Assembly (NCBI GenBank): GCA_951406725.2
Contig: OX597824.1
Location: 51,026,001-51,090,000 of the forward strand
DNA length: 64,000 nucleotides
From: Octopus vulgaris
Taxonomy: Eukaryota
Reading direction: 5' to 3'
How positions within the stretch are numbered: the first letter of the stretch is position 1; each line of letters begins with the position of its first letter. The notes under the pieces were generated by a model. The model had not been told where the DNA came from. It searched no databases and saw only the letters and a program-made list of their open reading frames with translations. A program made the translations under genes and the position numbers. This document shows, piece by piece, positions 56,981 to 64,000 of this stretch.

Positions 56981-58271
56981 CGAGGGACGTTCAATAAGTA
57001 ATGCCTCTGACCCACTTGCAGTTGTTGAATCTAGCTGAAATTTTGCATGTGCAATCATTTATATCTCTTTATAGTAAGTGGCAAATTACAGCTCTGAATT
57101 CATTGTGGTTTCTGATTTAAAGGTGTTTGAACCGAGTCAAGTGTGAAATGGAGCCTGTTGAGTGTCGAGCAGTGATCCGGTTTTTGTATTTGAAAGGACG
57201 CACACCACGGGAGACTTTTGATGAAATGAAAGTAACTTATGCTGATGATGCCCCATCATATGACCTTGTAAAACGCTGGCATCGTGAATTCAAACATGGT
57301 CGGAACTCTGTAGAAACAGCTCCCAGATCTGGTCGCCCCTTCTGCCATTGATGAGGCATCTGTCCGTCAAGTTGAGGCTGCCATTTTGGAAGATCGACGC
57401 ATAATTATTCGCCAAATAGCCCATGAGGTCAAGATTAGTACCGGGTCTGTGGAAACTATCATTCATGACCATTTGCATATGCAAAAGGTGTCTGCCAGAT
57501 GGATTCCCAGGTTGCTCACGCCTTTCCAGAAGCAAGAACGCGTCGAGTGCTCGAGGGTGAATTTGGAGATGTGCCAAGAAGATGAGTCAAACTTTTTCAA
57601 AAGACTGATTACACAGGATGAAACCTGGGTCCATCACGATGATCCAGAGACCAAAGCCCAGTCAATGCAGTGGAAGCACCGTGACTCACCCCCTCCAAAG
57701 AAGGCAAGGGTGCAGCCCTCCGCTGGCAAGGTCATGCTCACAGTCTTCTGGGACCAAGACGGAGTAGTGATGACAGATTTCCTGGCAAAGGGTACCGCAA
57801 TTGCAGGAGCCTATTATGCTTCGCTTTTGAGGAAATTAAGAGAAGTTATCAAAATCAACAGGCGGGGCAAGATCAGCAAAGGCATCCTCCTCCTGCAGGA
57901 CAACGCTCCGGTCCACAACTCGCTTGTCGCCAGATCAGAAGCACAGGAATTATGGCTATGAACTCCTCCCCCATCCCCCTACTTTCCTGACCTCGCACCC
58001 TCTGATTTTCACCTCTTCCCAGCCATGAAGTTGTTTTTGAAAGGAAAGCGTTTCCCAGATGATGCAGCCTTGATATCTGAAGTCACGTGGTGGTTGGAGG
58101 ACCAAGCTGGGGTCTTCTACAAAAACGGTCTCCAGAGCTGCATCAAACAATGGGAGAAATGCGTAACTCTGGGTGGTTCCTATGTAGAAAAAGACTAATA
58201 ACTGTGCCAAGTTTCGTTGCTCTACTGCTATGGGAAGTGGGTCAGGGGCATTACTTATTGAACGCCCCTCG
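56981..58271 (+). mobile_element. Full-length mariner transposon (1291 bp), TA target duplication, inserted in a family A SINE (56820-58320, minus strand)
   Basis: TA|CGAGGGACGTTCAATAAGTAATGCCTCTGACCCACTT ... AAGTGGGTCAGGGGCATTACTTATTGAACGCCCCTCG|TA; the SINE resumes on both sides. Confidence 0.97.
57148..58198 (+). pseudogene. mariner DD34D-type transposase with two frameshifts (near 57340 and 57945)
   Basis: MEPVECRAVIRFL..PRSGRP / WIPRLL, ITQDETWVH, LLQDNAPVH / HPPYFPDLAPSDFHLF..GGSYVEKD*. Confidence 0.93.
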
Positions 58272-61200
58272 TACCACTAATCATTTTGCCCGGCGTGCAA
58301 ACGATTCTGCCATCTCGCCACCATATTACCTCCTAAAATATTATCAGTAATACTACCATCACTATAAGCAACAATGTCAACATTGGTAATACCCAGCCAA
58401 GTCAGAGGAGCAGGTGGTCGTTAAAGTAGTTGCCTTATTAACGGTAGGATCCTATCACTGAGATTTTTGCATTTTACGAACCAGCAAAGAAATCTCTCAC
58501 CTTGCTCGAAATAGCAGCTAAATCTTGTTCATGTAACGCACTAATATCTTACAAAAAGGAAATATTCATTGGATAATACAATACTACATGAGAGTAGAGT
58601 TAACTAAAAAGAATTACCTTTGTCATGCTCGTCATTGCTATCTAAATAGTAAGATCACAATGACAGAATATTCCATTTTCTCTCTCTCTGTCTCTTAACG
58701 GATCTTCGCGATCCAACGCATCAGTGCTTATCTCTAGATTTTGTATTATGAAGTGGATAAATGACAAACTACCCCATGGACAAGACGCCAGAGGACACGA
58801 CACTACAATATAATGAATTATTCGTCAGTTTTACAATAAATCCAGTGCATACATCGATGTGAAACTTGCAGTTTGGTAAACTGGATTGCTAACTGCTATG
58901 TTTATTGACCACAAACAATGCAGTGCTTATGGGAATGTACGAAATCTGGTTATCTAAATTACTATTTTCCTGTTCATATATTCGTTATGACAAGATGCCA
59001 GCCTTTCTAGCTACCTATGGGAAATTAGGATTATTGTTATTAATTTTGCATATATTGCGCTTAACTAAGCTCGCTCTCTGCTGTGCGTTCAGTAAACAAG
59101 TAAGTGCCTATTCATGCAGCATCTACATTGCTGGAGATGTTCTAACAGAAAACAGTTTGAAAATCGTTCTCTTTAAATTTACTAACGATTCAGCTACTTA
59201 AGAACTATGTTATGTCTCACAGTATTCCTTTATTCCTTTATTATTTTACTCATTTCAGTCACTGGAGTGTGATACCGATAGAGGGCCACTTTCAAGAGCA
59301 CAGTTGATTATACACACACGCACACATTTCCCCCCCTACACACACGCACTCAATACACACACAAAAACAGATATGCATATATGGTGGACTTGTGCACAAT
59401 TTCTGCCTACCAAATTCCACGCATGAAGCATTGATAAACCCAAAGCTATGATTGGTGATTGTTGCCAAAGATGACCCGCAATGAAATTGAACCCAGAACC
59501 TTGTGAATGTGAAGCGATTCGATTTGAGATAATCATGCTTGCACTGTACTGTCCAATAAAATCATGGTCGAAATCGAAGCTGTCATATTTCTATTTATAT
59601 ATATTATGTTATTATTGAATTTTCACACGCACGCGCGCACACACACGCACACACACATACACACACACAATGTAAGTTGCAATTCCCTCTACATTCTGCT
59701 TGTACATACTTATTGGTGACTGAAGCTTCTTGAACGACTATTATCGCCACAACGACATTGGCACTAAATCTACCAACTCCACAATCACAATTACTTCACT
59801 AATCCTTTATCTTCCTTTCATCATCTGACTGTTCTTTCGTTTTCTTTCCTCCTCGCTCTCTTTCAGTCGTCTACCCTAGCTTTGCCGAAGACACAGTCAT
59901 CAACTTGTCTTTAGCGTGAGATATGCTTGTTTAGGCTTCTTTCATTCCTTCTGCTTTCACATATAATAAAGAGAAGACAGAAAAGGAAAAGAAAAAAATT
60001 ATGAAGAGGCATGAGAATATTCGTTATTGGTATTTAACATTTTTGCCAGACTAGCTAATTGGTAACAGAGATCGAATCTCATTGCTGAAATATTGAAGAG
60101 ATCAATTTCTGTCACGCGGGACGGATTTTTTTCAGGAAGCCCTTGAAAATTAGAAAACAAAAACATATATTTCTAGATATTTATCCGTAAATTTAGGACA
60201 GCATTTTGACCGAATGTGTATAAATGATGCATTTCTGAGACAGATTCAGCGGGACACAGTGTGAACACACTGATTTTCTCCCTCTTTCTTCCTACCTCCT
60301 TCTCTCCCTCCTTCTCTCTCTCTTCCTCTCGCTCTTTCTCGCTCTCTCACTAACTTTTCCTCTCTTTCTTGCTCTCTCTCACTGCCACACACAGGCACAT
60401 ACATGTATTTAATATTTTCGTTCGAGGTGTCACAGTGACACAAAACAGCACAGTAAGTATACCAGATTACTCTCTGCAAGACAGCTCTCTATTCGGATAT
60501 TGCAATTTGAGCAGCTGGTTGCAGATTTTACACATAAAACACGTGAACATGGCGCTGAAGTGCACAGAAGAAGGTAAGTGGAAGCTGTTGAACCATGTCT
60601 TACGGGAAGATGGGAAGATGGAAGAGATATAGATAGAGAGAGAGAGGGGGGGGAGAAAGAGAGAGAGAGAGAGAGAGCTAGGCCACTTATTACTGATACA
60701 CATGGGCATCATCGCATGGCAGATTAACCTGGTTGGTTCAAGTAAGAATAAAAACGGGAAGGTTGTCGGTCTCTAATGTCTGGGTTGCATATAGTTATGG
60801 TGGATTGAATAATGATAAATATACAATGAAACTATTTGGCTGAGTTGTCAGTCATGGAGTTCCTTTGTCAATTTCACTGTGCCTTAAGGAATATATAACA
60901 ATGATATATATATATATATATATATGTATGTACGTATGTATATGTATATATATATATATATATATATGCATATAGATAGATAGATATACACATATGCACA
61001 AGCACAGAACACACTTACACACACACATACACGTGCGTATTAAACCATTCCAGTCATGTGGCTGGTGGGGCGTAGAAGATTACGTCCGACCAGAACTTAT
61101 GTCATTTGACTTCGGAAGAAAAAATATGGGAGAGTAAAACTGGATTTTAACAAAGAACTTGAGGAGAAGTACCCAAATACCATAAGGGTCTTTTTAAAAC

Positions 61201-61508
61201 GAAGCTCCGACGATTCTAGTACCATCTACTCACCAAACATAACTGCATGAATATAAAACTCTTTCTCGTTCTCTGTCTCTCTCTCTATCTCTCCCTATCT
61301 TTCTTTCTCTCTCACTCACACACAGATATGTGTGCGCGTGCGCGTGTAATGATGAAGCTAAGGGAAAATTGTTCAGCGGTGCGTTGTGCATAGTAAATAG
61401 AAATAGAGTAGAGTCTCACATGATGTAATATACTGAATGGAAACAGACAGACAAGCACACACACATACACATGCATACTGACATATATGTGAGATAATGT
61501 GATGTACG

Positions 61509-61560
<52 letters not shown>

Positions 61561-61592
61561 TGTATGCGTGAGTATATATGTTAATCTATCTG

Positions 61593-61627
<35 letters not shown>

Positions 61628-61729
61628 TCAGAGAGAGAGAGAGATAGATAGATAGATAGATAGATGCACACACATATATGTGGGTGTGTATACTTATGAT
61701 TGTGAATGAGTGTTATGTATGTATTTATG

Positions 61730-61815
<86 letters not shown>

Positions 61816-62497
61816 CGTGTACACACAAAAACGTACACACAAAAACAGATATAATTACTACACTCACTTATAATGAGAAAGCAAAGGAAAGAGAAGAATG
61901 GGCTGGTGGTTGAGTGGGATTATTTCATTGCTCTGCTGTAAATTAACCCTAACTACTTATGTGGATAGAATGTGGAAATTTGCAGGCGATTACAATTTAA
62001 CAGAAGCGCAAGTAGATTGTAGTTAAATTTATTAGCCGAAAAGAAGATTTCTGGATCAATTAGTCTAGCTGTACAATGTCGTATGTTCAGTGATTTAACG
62101 AACGTAGGAAACCTCATGTGGCCTTGCTTAATATGGGTGAACGATCAGCTGCGATAGCTTAAATAGGTTTCGAGGAGATGTTACACACACACACACACAA
62201 TTTTATATATATATATATATGTACCCTCGTATAGACGCACAGTAAAGATGTGTGTGTTTGTATGGTATTTCAGTGTATATAGAGGAAGGGACATGAAGAT
62301 GATTATGGAAAAATAAATGCAATACAAGAGATGGTAAGATACACGTTTGAGTCGCTCAGCACCATTCAGCACGTTCTTTCTCTCTCTCTCCCCCTCTCTT
62401 CAAGCTTATGTATACGAGCACGTGCGCGTATTTATATATACACACACAAACATATATATATATATGTATGTATATGAATACAGACGCACACACACAC

Positions 62498-62528
<31 letters not shown>

Positions 62529-62682
62529 AACACTCATACACACATATTGATGGATTGATGCGAACAGGAAAATAGGGATATAGAAAGCACTGGAAATTTA
62601 ACTCAGCGGAAAGAAAGAAAGAAAGAAAGGAAAGAAGGAAGGAAAAAATAAAGAAAGAAAGATGATAATGGTGACGATGTTG

Positions 62683-62685
<3 letters not shown>

Positions 62686-62764
<79 letters not shown>

Positions 62765-62806
62765 GGAGGAGGAGGAGGAGGAGGAGGAGGAGGAGGAGGA
62801 GGAGGA
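62686..62806. repeat. (GAT)n followed by (GAG)n microsatellite
   Basis: Direct reading. Confidence 0.95.
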
Positions 62807-63062
62807 TAGTGGAAATACGTTTGGATGTTAATTAGTTGCTCTTGTATATCTATATTGTGGCCTGGCTGCATCGCTCGAAGGGGTTATCAAAAGGCTATGC
62901 AATACATTCTATTGCCTTATATAGCGTTCAGAGTTCCAATCGCACCCATATCAGTCTTGCTTTTCATAGTCCCAGTTCAGACGAAATAGGTAAGAGTGAA
63001 AAACTGGAACCAATACATTCTCCTATTCCTATTGCAAATCATGTGACCGATCTAATTTGTAC

Positions 63063-63378
63063 CTTTTACTTGTTTCAGTCATTAGGTTGTGGCTATGCTC
63101 GGGCACCGCCTTGAAGAATCTTTAGTCGAATGTATCGACCCCAGTACTATTTTTTTTAAAGCCTGGTACTTATTCTATCATTCAGTTTCGCCGAACCGCT
63201 AAGTTACGGGGATATAAACACAGCAGCACTGATTGTCAAGTGGTAGGTGGGCATATACAGGCATAGACACAGACACATAAAGACATGCGCACGCAAGCAC
63301 GCACACACACATTTTCCTATATACAGTTGGCTTCTTTCAGTTTCCGTCTACCATATACACTCACAAGGCTTTGGTCAG
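63063..63378 (-). mobile_element. SINE family B, head missing
   Basis: Family consensus. Confidence 0.85.
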
Positions 63379-64000
63379 TCCTTTCTGTATTTTACTGAGC
63401 CTTCTTTCGAATTCTTTGCTAAAGCACATAAATGACTTGGTCAATGAAATCCAAAAGCAAACATGGCCTTTCTCCCCATGAAGGTTCAGAAATAGCTGTG
63501 CACCTCAAAATACTTTTCATACAATACCCGTGATCGGAAGCTTAATATATATTCGGCCAACTTCACACACATTTTGCATTCCGTTTGTGGAATGTGTTAG
63601 ACTTTCATAGTCTGAAGATTGTATGAGGTTTTAGTGATAGAAGAAACTACTGATGCGTTAAGATATACAATCACTATGTCAATATATATAGTTTGTTCTA
63701 CACTTATATTGTTCATGTAAATTTCTTTACAGTATATGTATATGTAAGTGTGTGACTGTGTATCTGTGTATGCAGATGGAGTGTGCAGCAGCGTACGTGT
63801 GAGTGTGTGCATTCATGTATGTGTGTGAGTGTGTGTGTGTGTGTGCACGCATTCCTGTGTGTGTAATGTCAAAATAATACCTAACTGGACACGTTTATAA
63901 CAATTGGCCTTTGCTTCTATATACATTATATAGATATGTGTGAGTGTGCGTGTATGGCATGTGTGTATGTGTGTGTGTGTATTTATGCACACATATTATT

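Noticed and set aside
60400-60580. Possible first exon ending ATGGCGCTGAAGTGCACAGAAGAAG|GTAAGT after a CT-rich tract
   Set aside because: Plausible, but it rests on one donor motif with no downstream exon or homology.

Overview
AT-rich, microsatellite-saturated animal genomic DNA. The SINE families and repeat content point to octopus or another coleoid cephalopod (inference). No host protein-coding exon can be supported, and nearly all listed ORFs are translations of (TA)n, (CA)n, (TATC)n or (GA)n. Recognisable elements are: a near-intact Penelope-like retroelement (RT + GIY-YIG) preceded by an inverted copy of itself; a decayed RTE-type LINE with three C-terminal C2H2-like fingers; a full-length frameshifted mariner plus mariner remnants; a hAT remnant with an 8-bp TSD; three tRNA-derived SINE families; and a tRNA-Asp pseudogene. 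The main hidden signal is about 14 short cassettes, mostly unrelated in sequence and mostly abutting (TA)n tracts. Each carries a minimal type-I hammerhead-ribozyme-like motif, usually with a palindromic stem/loop III, and the set shows C3-G8, U3-A8 and A3-U8 covariation in the core. One cassette forms a ~383-bp near-perfect palindrome with a hammerhead on each strand. All structures were parsed by eye; none has been tested computationally or experimentally.
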